A DNA stretch of 64,000 nt from Mobula hypostoma. Taxonomy: Eukaryota. Positions 37,065 to 49,559 of the stretch are shown in pieces; position 1 is the first letter of the stretch, and every line of letters starts with the position of its first letter. The stretch lies in contig NC_086108.1 of assembly GCF_963921235.1 (NCBI RefSeq), positions 26,102,001 to 26,166,000 of the forward strand. The letters are read 5' to 3'. The notes under the pieces were generated by a model. The model had not been told where the DNA came from, ran no database searches, and saw only the letters and a program-made list of their open reading frames with translations. The translations under genes and the position numbers were made by a program.

Positions 37065-38345
37065 ACAGTTCACTGAAAGCAGTATCTCAAGATGATAGGA
37101 TGGTGAAAAAGGCATTTAGCATTCTGACCTTCGTCAATCATAGCATTGAGTATAGTAGTTGGGAAATTATGTTGCAGTTGTAGATGTTGTTGATACTGCA
37201 CTTGACATATTCTGTACATTTTTGGTCAGCTGTTATAGGAAAGATGTTATTAAGCTAGAAGGAGAGCAAAGATTTACCAGGATACTTTCCAGACTTGGGG
37301 ATCTGAGTTTAAGTGGTTGTTAGATAGGCACATGAATGTGCAAAGAATGGAGGGAGATGGCCGTTGTGTAGGCTGAGTTATGAGGAGAGGTTGCATGGAC
37401 AAGGATGTTCCTCCTAGGAATATCAGAGATTGAGTGATCTGATACAGGTACAATAATGTGCAAACGTCAGAGGCACATATATATAGCTAGGGAGCCTAAA
37501 TTTTTGCACAGTACTGTAGCAATCTTATGTATTGCACTGTACCATTGCCACAAAAAAAATCATGATGTATGTGTGAGATGACAGACCTGATTCTGATATG
37601 GGTCTCTGTTGTGGACTGAGAGTGGGAAGGAGGCAGGGAGAGGGGAATCATGGTTGGGAAAAGGAGAAGGGAGAGGGGAGGGAGCAGGAAGAACCAGAGA
37701 AACATTCTGTAATGATCAATAAACCAGCTGTCTGGAATCAAATGACTTAGGCAAGGTCTCAGGACTGGGTGCGTCTGTACCCGCACAACCACCCCTCCCT
37801 GACACCCCTTCTCTGCCACCTGTCACACACCCTTCCCACAGTGCTCCATCCTTGTCATTCCCAACATCCTTTGCTAAAGCCAGATTTGCAAACTCTCTCT
37901 CCGCTCCACGTTGAGAACTACAGTACTGTGCAAAAATCTTAGGCACCTAGCTACATACATATATACAGTATGGGCCTAGAACTTTTGCACAGTACTGTAC
38001 ATGAGATTATGAGGAGCATAGGAAGGGTGAAAGGACATACTCTTTTTTCCAAGGGAAGAAGTGCAAACAACAGAGGACAGAGTTCAAGGTCAGAGGTGAG
38101 AAATTTAAAAGTGACATCAGGAGAAGCTTCTTCACACTAAGGATGGTGTATATTTGGAAGGAGCTACCAGAAATTACAGCTGAGGGGGGCATATTAGCAA
38201 CATTTAAAGCCATCTAAGTAAGTATGTGAATAGAATAAGAGGGTCTTAGAGAGTTATGGGCCAAATGTAGCCTGAAGTGGTTAGCTTGCTGGGCAACACA
38301 GTCAGTATGAATGGGATGAGCTAAGCTGTATCACACTATGACGGT
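37065..38345 (+). mobile_element. CR1 3' relic interrupted by a Tc1-like element
   Basis: Removing 37451-37999 rejoins gatctgatacaggta/catgagattatgaggagcatag (DLIQVHEIMRSI), followed by aggagaagcttcttcacac. Confidence 0.7.
37451..37997. mobile_element. Non-autonomous Tc1/mariner-like composite element
   Basis: TA at both ends. Four copies of a ~26-bp CAGTACTGTGCAAAAxTCTTAGGCAC-like TIR form two mini fold-backs (37451-37516, 37921-37997) around ~400 bp of internal sequence. Confidence 0.8.
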
Positions 38346-39949
38346 GTTACCTTCCTGAGCTAGTTGCATTTGCCTGCATTTGGTGTACATCACTCTAAAC
38401 CAGGGGTTCCCAACCACTTTTATTCCATGGACCAATGCCATTAAGCAAGGCAACAGCTTGCCCAAATCTTTCTCCTACATATATCAGTCTGAATGCCTTT
38501 TAACATCACAATTGTCCCTACCTCTACCGCTTCTTCTTGCATTCAAAGTAAACTTATTATCAAAGTATGTATATGTTACCATATTCTACCATAGAATTCT
38601 TTTTTTTGCGGGCATTTACGGAAAAAATGAATAGAATCCATGGAAAATCATATATATGCAAAGATGGACAGGCAACCAATGAACAAAGAAGACAAACTGA
38701 GAAAATAAAAAAAAATAGACTCACAACATGAGTTGTAAGAGTTCTTGAAAGTGAATGTGTAGGTTGGAAATTCGGTTTAGAGTTATGGTGAGTGAAATTA
38801 TCCTCACCAGTACAAGCACCACATACCCAAAACCCACATGTCCATTCCAATCCCCATGAGCATGTTAAGCACACGCAACATCACAGAAAGTAATTTTGAC
38901 GGCAGTTTGTAACCATTCATGTAGCCATGTTTTCCAGTGAGTCCTCGAGATATAGCACTTCACCACTTGCTGTGTGCCAGAGACGCAATGCAATTACAGG
39001 AGGTATTAGTCTGTTTTCAAAAGCAATGCTAAATATACTTGCAGTCCGTCATTGTGTGATACCAACATGAGTTAGACTTTGAGATTTATTTCAGGGTCAG
39101 TTGTAAAGAAACATTCTATCAGCCAGACATGGATGACTGCAATCACTCACTTGAAAGGAAAATTTTTTTAAATGTCATGGAGATGCACTTCAAGGCCATG
39201 GACTATCTCACATTAAGGAACTCTGCTTTTACTTCAGAACAATATCAATAACAATTCAACAAAATGCACTATTGACTGAAGACGTATCCAGTAAGATATC
39301 TGTATGATGCTTTGCAATACATGTCAATATGTCATCACTTTCAGTGTTTTGTTCAAGACAATTTCACTGCAAGGACAGTTCAAAAGTCATCAAGAGAGAA
39401 ATTGATACTTTTCTTTAAAAAAAAGACTCAGGCTGAGGGATAGAATCCTTGTAAAGGCAGGAGTCATAAGATACCTTGAGCCGAATTAAATATAAAGTAT
39501 TGAAGTCAGAGGTATTAGAAAAGTCAATAATGGATGAAAGATAAAAAGAAACAAGGCCTTAAGGCTTTGATGAGTCAGGAGATTTCTGCTCCAATTTCCT
39601 TTTATTTTTATTTTCTGTTAGCCTTGTGCGGAGTTTATGGAAGGGTAACTCTTTGTGGAGTTTACTTGACAATACTTGACTTAACTAATTGCCAGTTAGC
39701 CTGGGAATACACCAGAATACACAATGTCAGAGAGAGGGTGTGGGGAAGGGTGTCTGCTGAATCTAGTTTCCTGTCATAGAGTCATTAAATATAATGGCTA
39801 CAGGATCTGTTTGTATCTCCAGGATACAAACAAAACACACCATCTGGGGTCATTCAATAAAAGAATCTAGCACGTGTCAATATCTCTCACAGTCCATTAA
39901 TTCTCACTCTCTAACAAGTAACATTCTACTTTTAAAATGGAAACACAGA

Positions 39950-40104
39950 AGGTTGTATATGCTGGAATCCGAAGCATCAGTCTACTAGAGGAATTCAGTG
40001 GGTTGAGAGGCATCTATGGACAATTGTCAATGTTTCTAGTCAAAACACTGCATCAGAACTGAGATTGGAGAAGGGAGATGACCAATATAAAGAGGAGATG
40101 GGTA
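39950..40104 (-). mobile_element. Penelope-like terminal repeat, highly degenerate
   Basis: atgctggaatc...gaggaattcagtgggttgagggcatctatgg...gtcaatgtttctagtcaaaacactgcatcag is a decayed reverse complement of the 24523-24633 type. Confidence 0.5.
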
Positions 40105-41173
40105 AATCATGAGTAAATCATAAAAATGAGGGAAGTACAAGACAGATATATTCCAAATAAGAAGAAATTTTCAAAGGGAAGAAGGACACTACTGTGGCTG
40201 AAAAGTGAAGTCAGAGCCAAAGTAAAAGCGAAAGAGAGGGCATACAAGGAAGTCAGAGCTAGTGGGAAGATAGAGGATTGGGGAGCTTTTAAAATCTTGC
40301 AGAAGGAAACTAAGAAGGTCATTCAGAAGGAAAAGATGAATTATGAGAGGAAGCTGGCGACTAATTTCAAAGAAGATACTAAAAGCTTTTTTAAGTATAT
40401 AAAGAATAAAAGAGAGTCAAGGGTAGACATAGGACCGATACAAAATGACGCTGGAGATACTGTAATGAGAGATGCAAAGGTGGCAGAGGAACTGAATGAA
40501 TATCTTGCATCAGTCTTCTCAGTGGAAGACATCTGCAGTATACCGGACATTCAAATGTGTCAGGGAAGTGCAGTTTGTGCAGTGAAAATTAAAATTGAGA
40601 AAGTGCCCAGGAAGCTTAATGGTCTGAGGGTGGATAAATCTCCTGGACCTGATGGAATGCACCCTTGGCTTCTGAAGGAAGTAGCTGGATAGATTGTGGA
40701 GGCATTAATGATGATCTTTCAAGAATTAATAGATTTTGGTATTGTACCGGATGACTGGAAAATTGCAAATGTTACTCTGCTACTTTATTTAAGAAGAGTG
40801 GAGCCCTTTGCTTTTTGATCTGGCCTTAGAACCCTTAGCCATTGCTTTTCGAGAATCTAATGATATCACCGGTATTTTAAGGAGAGACACTATTCATAAA
40901 GTCTCGTTGTATGCTGATAATTTGCTTCTATTTATTTCTAACGTTGAGACTTCATAAACCCATGTGCTTTCTTTACTCTCCTGTTTTAGCCAGTTTTCAG
41001 GTTATAAGTTAAACCTACATAAAAGTGAACTTTTCCCTTTGAACAATTTGATACCAACAAATTCTAAGCTTCCTTTTGAAATTGTAAGAAACCAATTTAC
41101 TTATTTAGGTGTAACAATTACTAAAAATTGTAAGTGTCTATTTAAAGAAAATTTTCTTACTCTATTGAATCAT

Positions 41174-41724
41174 AAGACCATAAGACAAAGGAACAGAAGT
41201 CGGCCCTTCGGCCCATCGAGTCTGCTCCGCCATTTTATCATGAGCTGATCCATTCTCCCATTTAGTCCCACTCCCCTGCCTTCTCACCATAGCCTTTGAT
41301 GCCCTGGCTACTTGGATACCTATCAATCTCTGCCTTAAATACACCCAATGACTTGGCCTCCATTGCCGCCCGTGGCAACAAATTCCATAGATTCACCACC
41401 CTCTGGCGAAAAAAATGTCTTCGTATCTCTGTTCTGAATGGGCGCCCTTCAATCCTTGAGTCATGCCCTCTCGTACTAGACTCCCCTACCATGGGAAACA
41501 ATTTTGCCACATCCACTCTGTCCATGCCTTTCAACATTTGAAATGTTTCTATGAGGTCTCCCCTCATTCTTCTAAACTCCAAGGAATACAGTCCAAGAGC
41601 GGACAAACGTTCCTCATATGTTAACCCTCTCATTCCCCGAATCATTCTAGTGAATCTTCTCTGAACCCTCTCCAATGTCAGCACATCCTTTCTTAACTAA
41701 AGTGCCCAAAACTGCACACAGTAC
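41174..41724 (-). mobile_element. Young CR1 3' fragment inserted in the L1
   Basis: LERVQRRFTRMIRGMRGL..., nearly identical by eye to 13055-13580. TCAT occurs at both junctions and the L1 frame FLTLLNH/VKRILLNW rejoins across it. Confidence 0.9.
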
Positions 41725-42404
41725 TCATGTAAAAAGAATACTATTAAATTGGTCACCTCTTTCGTTATCGTTAATTGGTTGAATTAACTCTATCAAAATG
41801 AATATATTACCTAAATTTATATATCTTTTTCAGGCATTGCCGATTTTCATTCCTAAATCCTTTTTTGATTCTCTTGACTCTATTACATCTTCTTATATAT
41901 GGAAGAATAAGTGTTCTAGATTAAATAAAATTCACCTTCAGAAAGATAAGAAGAATAGAGGATTAGCCTACCAAATTTTAGATTTTAATATTGGGCAGTT
42001 AATACCAGAAATCTTACATTTTGGTTATATTATATTAATCATGACGATTGCCCCATGCGGGTTTTCTTAGAAGCTAATTCTGTTAATAAATTCTCTATTA
42101 GTTCTCTTCTTGGATCCTCACTTCCTCTGTCTTTGAGTAAATTAACTGATAATCTGGTAGTTAAACACACTATGAGGATTTGGACACAATTCCGAAAATA
42201 TTTTGGCTTATTGAGATTTTCTCTTTCAAGTCCCATTTTTTCTAATTTTTTTTAAACCCTTTATGATTGATGTGGCTTTTAAAGAATGGGATAGATTAGG
42301 TATTAAATGTTTTCAGGACTTGTTCGTAGAGGGAAGTCTTTTTTTCATTTGAACAATTGTCAACTAAGTATAGTTTACCCAAAACTCATTTTATCGATAT
42401 CTAC

Positions 42405-42925
42405 TGTCATGTGTGACGCCAAGCCGAGCTATTGGACGGATGATGCTAATGAGAGAGATAACGAAAGACAATGGAGAAACATTCAAAATGCTAATAAGAG
42501 AGAAGAGAGGGATTAACGGGAAGAAACACAATTCAGATATTGACAGACCGGTTCCTTTGAACCTGAACTGTTTGAAGTTTGATGGACAGGTGATACCCTA
42601 GCAGGGGGATAAAAGGAGCAGGTTTGCTAAGGCACGAGACACGCCACGAGACCCTGGAACAAGCAGTGTTCCCCCACAAGTGGTGGGAGTTTGGAGGACC
42701 GGTTCGTGGGAACCGATCAGAGGCTCACAGGGTGTAAAGGTACGATCGGCGGGAACCTGGGGTGTGTGTCCGCCCTTCCCTGGGTGTCGGGTTCACCGCG
42801 GAAGAACGATCGTATCCGGAACGGAGGGGTCACAGTCGGTGACCACAGCGGGATTAGAAGACATCAAAAGGCCTGCCCAAAACCAACTGCGAAGATATCA
42901 AAAGGTCTGCCTGAAACCAACTGCA

Positions 42926-42957
<32 letters not shown>

Positions 42958-43260
42958 TCTCTCCCCAACGGTACAACAACAGCGATTATTTCAAACTGCA
43001 CTAAACTGAACTGAACTCTGCTTCACTTAAGACTGATCATTTTACCCCTAGACTGCGACAGAGCTTGGTTGATTCCTATTACCCTAGTTCTGTATATATG
43101 TGTGTATTATCATTGCTAACCTGTTACATTTATATCCTTACGATTAGAGTACTGTATTACTTATTTCTTTAATAAAAATTTATTAGTTCCTGGTAATCAC
43201 AGACTCCAACGAGCATTCCATTTCTGCTGGTTTGGCAACCCAGTTACGGGGTACGTAACA
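42405..43260 (+). mobile_element. Solo LTR, 856 bp, CpG-rich
   Basis: Termini TGTCATGT...ACGTAACA with a 4-bp TSD CTAC (42401-42404, 43261-43264). TATA-like GATAAAA at ~42608 and AATAAA at 43171. The L1 frame RYL/QIRDF rejoins across it. Confidence 0.9.
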
Positions 43261-46200
43261 CTACAAATAAGAGATTTTTTATGGTCTCCAATAAGCACAT
43301 TTCCTAAAAGTCCTGATAAGAATCTACTAGTTGTAATTATTAATCTGAAACCTTTTTATAATGGATCTATATCTAATATTTATAATACGCTGTTGGGAAA
43401 GAGAAGTATTCCTTTGGATAAGATTAAAAATCTTTGGGAACAAGGTTTACAGACTTCAATTTCTGAGGAAACTTGGAATCAAATTTTTTAATTGGTCAAC
43501 ACTTCATCGTTATGTGCCCGTCACTCTCTCCTTCAATTTAAAGTGGTCCATAGGATCCATATGATGAAGGATAAGTTGTCTCGTTTTTATTTAGATATAT
43601 CTCCATGTTGTGATAAATGTAATAATGGAGAAGCTTCACTCATTCATATGTTTTGGACGTGTCCGAGTCTTGGAAAATATTGGAAAGAAGTACTTCAAAC
43701 CTGTTCGATACTTTTATAAGTAAATTTCAAGCCTAATCCTTTGACTGCTTTATTTGGTATTGTTGGGGGAAAGGATATTATTTTGGAGCCATCTGATTTG
43801 CATATTTTGGCTTTTATGTCTCTTATGGCCAGAAGGACACTTTTGCTTAAATGGAAACATGTGGCTCCTCCTATTCTCGCCCAATGGTTATGTGATGTGA
43901 TGTCATGTTTAAATTTAGAGAATATTCGATGTTCAACCTTTGAATCTAATCAAGACTTTCAAACATTGTGGGGACCTTTACTGAATTATTTTCAAAACCT
44001 TTGATTTGATGTTAAAGCACAGATGATGACTAACAATCTTTTTTTTCTACTAATCAGCTTTGGTCTTGGTAGTGGTTTAGATTTTTTTATATAATAAAAT
44101 TATTATTTTTCAATGTTACTAACTAATTGACTTGTACGAATATAGGGTAAAGAGTTTTTATATGCGATTTAGCTTAATGTATCAATTATTATATTTTTTT
44201 CCTGTACTCTGTATTCATATATATATATATATATACAAATAAAAAATATTGAAAGAAGAGTGAGAGGCAGCAGAAAGGAAACTATAGACCTGCTAGCCTG
44301 ACATCAGTGGTTGGGAAGTTGTTGGAATTGATTGTTAAGGATGAGATTATGGAGTACCTGGAGGCACATGACAAGATAGGCCAAAGACAGCATGGTTTCC
44401 TGAAAGGAAATCCTGCCTAACAAACCTACTGCAATTCTTTGAGGAAATTACAAGCAGGGTAGACAAAGGAGATGCAGTAGACGTGGTGTACTTGGATTTT
44501 CAGAAGGCCTTTGACAAGGTGCCACACATGAGGCTGCTTAGCAAGATAAGAGCCCATGGAATTATAGGGAAGTTACTGGCGTGGGTGGAGCATTGACTGG
44601 TTGGCAGAAAACAGAGAGTGGGAATAAAGGGATCCTATTCTGGCTGGCTGCCAGTTACCAGGGGAGTTCCACAGGGGTCGGTGTTGGGACCGCTGCGTTT
44701 TAGGATGTATGTCAATGAATTCGACCACGGTATTAATGGATTTGCGGTTAAATTTGTCAAAGATACAAAGCTAGGTGGAGGAGCGGGTAGTGTTGAGGAA
44801 ACTGAGAGCCTGCAGAAAGACTTAGATAGTTTAGTGGAATGGGCAAAGAAGTGGCAAATAAAATACAATGTGGGAAAGTGTATGGTCATGCACTTTGGTG
44901 GAAGAAATAAACAGGCAGACTATTATTTCGATGGGGAGAAAATTCAAAATACAGAGATGCAAAGGGACTTGGGAGTCCTTGTGCAATATACCCTAGAAGT
45001 TACCTCCAGGTTGAGTCAGTTGTGAAGAAGGCGAATGCAATGTTGGCATTCATTTCTAGAGGTACAGCATATAAAAGCAGGGATGTGATATTGATGCTCT
45101 ATAGGCACTCGTGAGACCACACGGAGCATTGTGTGCAGTTTTGAGCTCCTTATTTTAGAAAGGATACACTAACATTGGAGAGGGTTCAAAGCAGATTCAC
45201 GAGAATGATTCCAGGAATGAAAGGGTTACCTTATGAGGAACATCTGGCAGCTCTTGGGCTGTATTCCCAGGAGTTCAGGAGAATGAGGGGGAAATCTCAT
45301 AGAAACATCAGAATGTTAAAAGGCCTGAATAGATTAGATATAGCAAAGTTATTTCCCATGGTAGGGGATTCTAGGACAAGAGGGCATGACTTCAGGATTG
45401 AAGGACGTCCTTTTAGAACTGAGATGTGGAGTAATTACTTTAGTCAGAGGGTGGTGAGTCTGTGGAATTTGTTGCCACGAGCGGCTGTGGAGGCCAAGTC
45501 ATTGGGTGTATTTAAGACAGAGATAGATAGGTTCTTGATTAGCCAGGATATCAAAGGGTGTGGGGTGAAAGCAGGGGAGTGGGAATGACTGGAAGAATTG
45601 GATCAGCCCATGATTGAATGGCGGAACGGAGTTGATGGTCTGAATGGCCTACTTCTGCTCTTATATCTTATTGTCTTATGGTCTAAATTAGTAAATTGAT
45701 TTAATATTGCCATATGTACAGAGAAGGTAAGGTGATAGATTGTGATGTCACTGCAGGTTAACCTTGGCCCTTGCTGGGTTTCCAGCACTCCAAATCTACT
45801 GTGCACCTCTTTGGCCAAGAAGTCTACATCCATGTCTGTGAAGTAATGTACTTGCTCACTTACCCTGACTGTCACTGTTGCAAAGGGTACTCAACACGTC
45901 ACATCATAACTTCCAGTAGCTACTGGAGTCAGCTGTAGTGGGTAGGCATATTGATATGCAGAGTATGATGCCTCTATGTGTTGTCACCTTGACAGTTAAT
46001 GAAGGACAATGAGAAAATGATAGCAAAGGCCACCTTTCAGCCACACAAAATGATGGCTGAGACAGAATGAAGAAAGTTCACCTTTTAAATGTGACTTAAT
46101 TCCAACTTATCCCATCCTATCTCAGCTCTTAGCTTGGAATTTGGAGTACATGAGCAGGTGGATTTCTCAATCACTATCCTAGAATTCCCAGTGGGCATTC

Positions 46201-46849
46201 ATTTCTGTTTATGATCAAAGCTAGATTGGAAGGCCATAAAATTTTAATAGTAGAACTTCTCAGATGATGCGTTCATTCCCTTTCTATCCTGAATATAGAT
46301 CAGTTGAATCACCTAATTTATCTCATTACCACCGTGTTTAATTTCTCGTCTTATCATGTGAGCCATAAATTAACAATTGTGGAAAATAAACAGCACATAC
46401 AGTATGTATATAAAAACCTGAAGGTACAAAGCATCAGATAGGAATAAAGTCTCCCCTTGTGTTTGCTACATGAGGAGTTCACATGTTACTTACCTATCAA
46501 AAAAGACTGCAAGGATGAGTGGGTGACCTGATTTATTTTTAATAAAAATAAACAGCCTTTTTAAAAGTTTTTTGCTCTGAAGTAGTTTGCAAATTCAAAG
46601 TGTCAAGCAAGGTTCCTCACCTTCATGTTTATCTGTGATAATGCACTAAGTGAGTGGCAATAATACTGCTGAGTTAATTCTCTGATTCAGATGGGAAGCA
46701 GTTCAATGGTATTCCTGGCTAAATGTTGTTTTCCTTACCTATTCCTGTTAATTCATCACCAATTCTTGTTAAGGTTTTCAATTAATGAACATCCATCATA
46801 ATTTCCCAGATGGATATACAGCATATGAGGAAGAAACCCCTGCAAAACG

Positions 46850-47300
46850 AGAGCAAAACAGGCCCTTCAGCCCACAATGCCATGCTGATCTAATTAAACA
46901 TAACTAAACTAACCAGTTCCGCCTACGCAATGACCATATCCCGCTGTTCTTTGCACATTCGTGTGCCTATCTAACAGCATCTTGAACACCTGTATCACAC
47001 TTGCCTACACTACCACCCCTGGCAATGTGTTCCAGACATCCACTGCTCTCTATGTAAAAACCCCTGCACCACATATTGTTGAATTTACCTCCTCTCACCT
47101 TAAAGGTATGCCTTCAGGTATTAGATATTTTGACTCTGGGAAAAAAGACACAGGCTGTCTCCGTCTCTCATATTCTTATAATCGTCTCTCTGGATTCCCA
47201 TCAGTCTCTGCTGTTCCAAGGTTTGTGTAACCTTTCCTTATAGCACATGCACTTTAATGCAGGCAGCATCCTGGAAAACCTCTTCAAATCCTCCAAAGTT
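46850..47300 (-). mobile_element. CR1 3' relic
   Basis: aaaacaggcccttcagcccacaatg...accacccctggcaatgtgttccagacatccactgctctc is a reverse-complemented CR1 3' end. Confidence 0.65.
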
Positions 47301-48319
47301 TCTGTATGATTAAATTTACCATTTTCCTGTTAAACTGGCCAAGACATTCACCTGTCATTTTGAATGCTAAAATGTTGTTGTATGCTGCTTTTCAGGATTA
47401 TGGTAACATGACAGATTATTGGGCTTCCCTACCAGAAGTATGCTCTCTCAGTAACAGTGGACATTACCGTAAACCTCCAGTCAAATTTCTCTCATCTGCC
47501 ACCAGTTAGACATCTAGATAACGGTTCATGAGTTGCCTTAAAGACACATATTCACAACTCCACTTGTACTATTCCAATTATTGCAGGTAGTTACTTTCAC
47601 GCAAAAATGGCTGCAACAATGATTCCTGTGGGCAGGAAATGTGCTCGCAGACTTATTAAAAAGGATTTGAGAGGCTAATTGATCACCTTATCGTCAATGA
47701 GGATGTTCTCTTATTGAGGTGGCCAGAACTCTTCCAGCAGCACAGCCAGGAATCCCTGGCAGCAAGTAGCTAGGACAATCTCTGTAAGGATGTGAGTGCA
47801 ATCTATGGATGGAATAGACTGTAGTGGTAGGAAATATGCTGTGGCCAAGCCACCAGCTTCAATGGGCTGATGGAGCTGTACATGAAGTTTGCTCTCATGG
47901 AGGATCAGCAAGTGTGCTGGGAAACAAAGAGTGAGGGTGATCTTTATTTCCCATATATGAGTGGAGCAGCTCGTTCTTGTTTTGGGTTTGTACTTGAAGT
48001 TTCATGAGCTTACACCTAAGCAAGAACTATCTTGTGGACACATCCTCTGTAGACAATACTGTTCTGACAAGTTTATCCAAGTGGATCCCAAATCCACACA
48101 GGCCTCATGGCTTGTTGTGTGGATTAATTGAGTACCAAGCCCTTGCGAACTCCTGTGTTTATTTGCGACACTATTTCTGTTTGTTAAAGATGCCTGTAAT
48201 GTCTAGGAGGAGATTTTTGTTTTGGACTCTGTCTGAAACAATTGGGTATTGAAAGTCAGTATTAGTTGCAAAATGTGTGTGAAGCTAAAAGGAAGGCCAG
48301 TCTATAGTGTAAGCTTAAA

Positions 48320-48625
48320 AATTTGTATCCCCAGGCCTAAGTACAGTTTTCATACCTCTTTTCTAAGACTCTTGAATGGTCTTCCGGTACAATAAAATGA
48401 ACTGTTGATTGTATAATCTATTTCATGGTGCTCTTCACACCTTATTATCCACCTCTTCAGTATGTTCTCTGTCACTGTGAGATTATATTCTACATTCTAT
48501 TATTGTTTTTTTTCCTTTCTTTATTACCTCAGTATACTTATGTTTAAAATAATCATTCTGGGTGAAATGTAAAACAAAGCTTTTCACTGTGTGAAGAACT
48601 TGTGACAATAATAAACCAATTTCCA
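48320..48625 (+). mobile_element. Rex1/Babar-like 3' tail
   Basis: aagactcttgaatgg...aaagcttttcactgt...tgtgacaataataaaccaattt. Confidence 0.55.
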
Positions 48626-49124
48626 ACTACTAAAGAGAGCTGTGAATAGGTTTAATGGTATGGTGTTGTTGGACTATGAAATAGTTGAGTGTGTGACTAA
48701 CCCCTTAAATGACATTGTTTCTGACTCATCATTCTTTGTAAGGGTATTTCTTACGTAAATGAATGTCTTTTTTTCAAAACAATGTTGTTAAAAATCCTAC
48801 TGATGATAAATTTTGTGCATTGTCTTACACCAGATAAACAGTGCTGGTGAACACAAAAACCTCTCCCAGAAAAGAGGAGGTGATACCTGCTGTGAGAATA
48901 CCCAAAAAAAAAACCTGGAAACATTGTTTTGCTCTACTATGCAGACCTATAGATCTCATCAGGAGCACAAACTAAGGACTAGGTCTGGACTATCTTCTGT
49001 GGCTATTCTATTATAGTTAATAAACAAAATATCACTCTCTTATTAAATAAAATCCATCTTTCATCCCTCCTCAGTCCATGAAGTTCCTTGGATCTTTACC
49101 ACTCTCCTCTTGAAACTGGTTACC

Positions 49125-49378
49125 TCCCTCTTTACTCTCAGTCCTGACATAAGGTTTCAACCCAAAGTTTTGACAGATGCTGCTGGACCCATTGCTTTCT
49201 TCCAGCAGATTGTTTCCATGCACAGCCTCTTGTGTTTCCATGGTAATACTCCACTGCAAAGTCTCTTCAAGGTATGGCGACTCTGAAGAAGTTTCTGTCC
49301 TCCCTCCAGCGGGAGTTCTGTAGAGCATCTCTCGCTGCTTTTCCTCTGTGGCTTCCACTGCTCTCTGGTTCTTCGAGC
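49125..49378 (+). mobile_element. Penelope-like terminal repeat plus probable start of the element ORF
   Basis: Decayed hammerhead-type repeat cagtcctgacataaggtttcaacccaaa...gatgctgctggacc, followed by ATGGCGACTCTGAAGAAGTTT (MATLKKFLSSLQREFC). Confidence 0.45.
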
Positions 49379-49559
49379 TAGATTTATTTTATTTATCAAT
49401 ACAGCACTGTAACAAGCCCTTCTGGCCCATGAGCCTAATTAACCAACTAACCTGTGCATCTTTGGGGTTGGGCAGAAACAGGAAAACCAATTGACAAATC
49501 AACTTTTATTGATGCACCATAGGAAAAATCTTATTTGGATGCTTCACTTCTTGATACGG

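Larger units (their letters stand above)
40801..44252 (+). mobile_element. L1/Tx1-clade LINE, 5'-truncated within RT
   Basis: SPLLFDLALEPLA, SLYADNLLL, MNILPKFIYLFQ and CDKC...HMFWTC, ending in AATAAA. 10-bp TSD AAGAAGAGTG at 40791-40800 and 44253-44262. Confidence 0.92.
40105..45685 (+). mobile_element. CR1 LINE ORF2 (40105-40800 and 44253-45685) split by an L1 insertion
   Basis: ORF 40126..40692 (YERKLA...KSFFKYIK...KSPGPDGMHP), then WKIANVT...FKK before the insertion and NYRPASLTSVVGK after it, then GVPQGSVLGP and a TCTTATGG tail. Confidence 0.9.

Noticed and set aside
42680..43014. Two ~108-aa ORFs
   Set aside because: They lie inside the solo LTR and cross a (CT)n tract; GC-rich sequence gives open frames by chance.
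46485..46530. Perfect minus-strand donor AG/GTAAGT with a possible 34-nt exon
   Set aside because: The acceptor lacks a pyrimidine tract, and such motifs are expected by chance in 64 kb.
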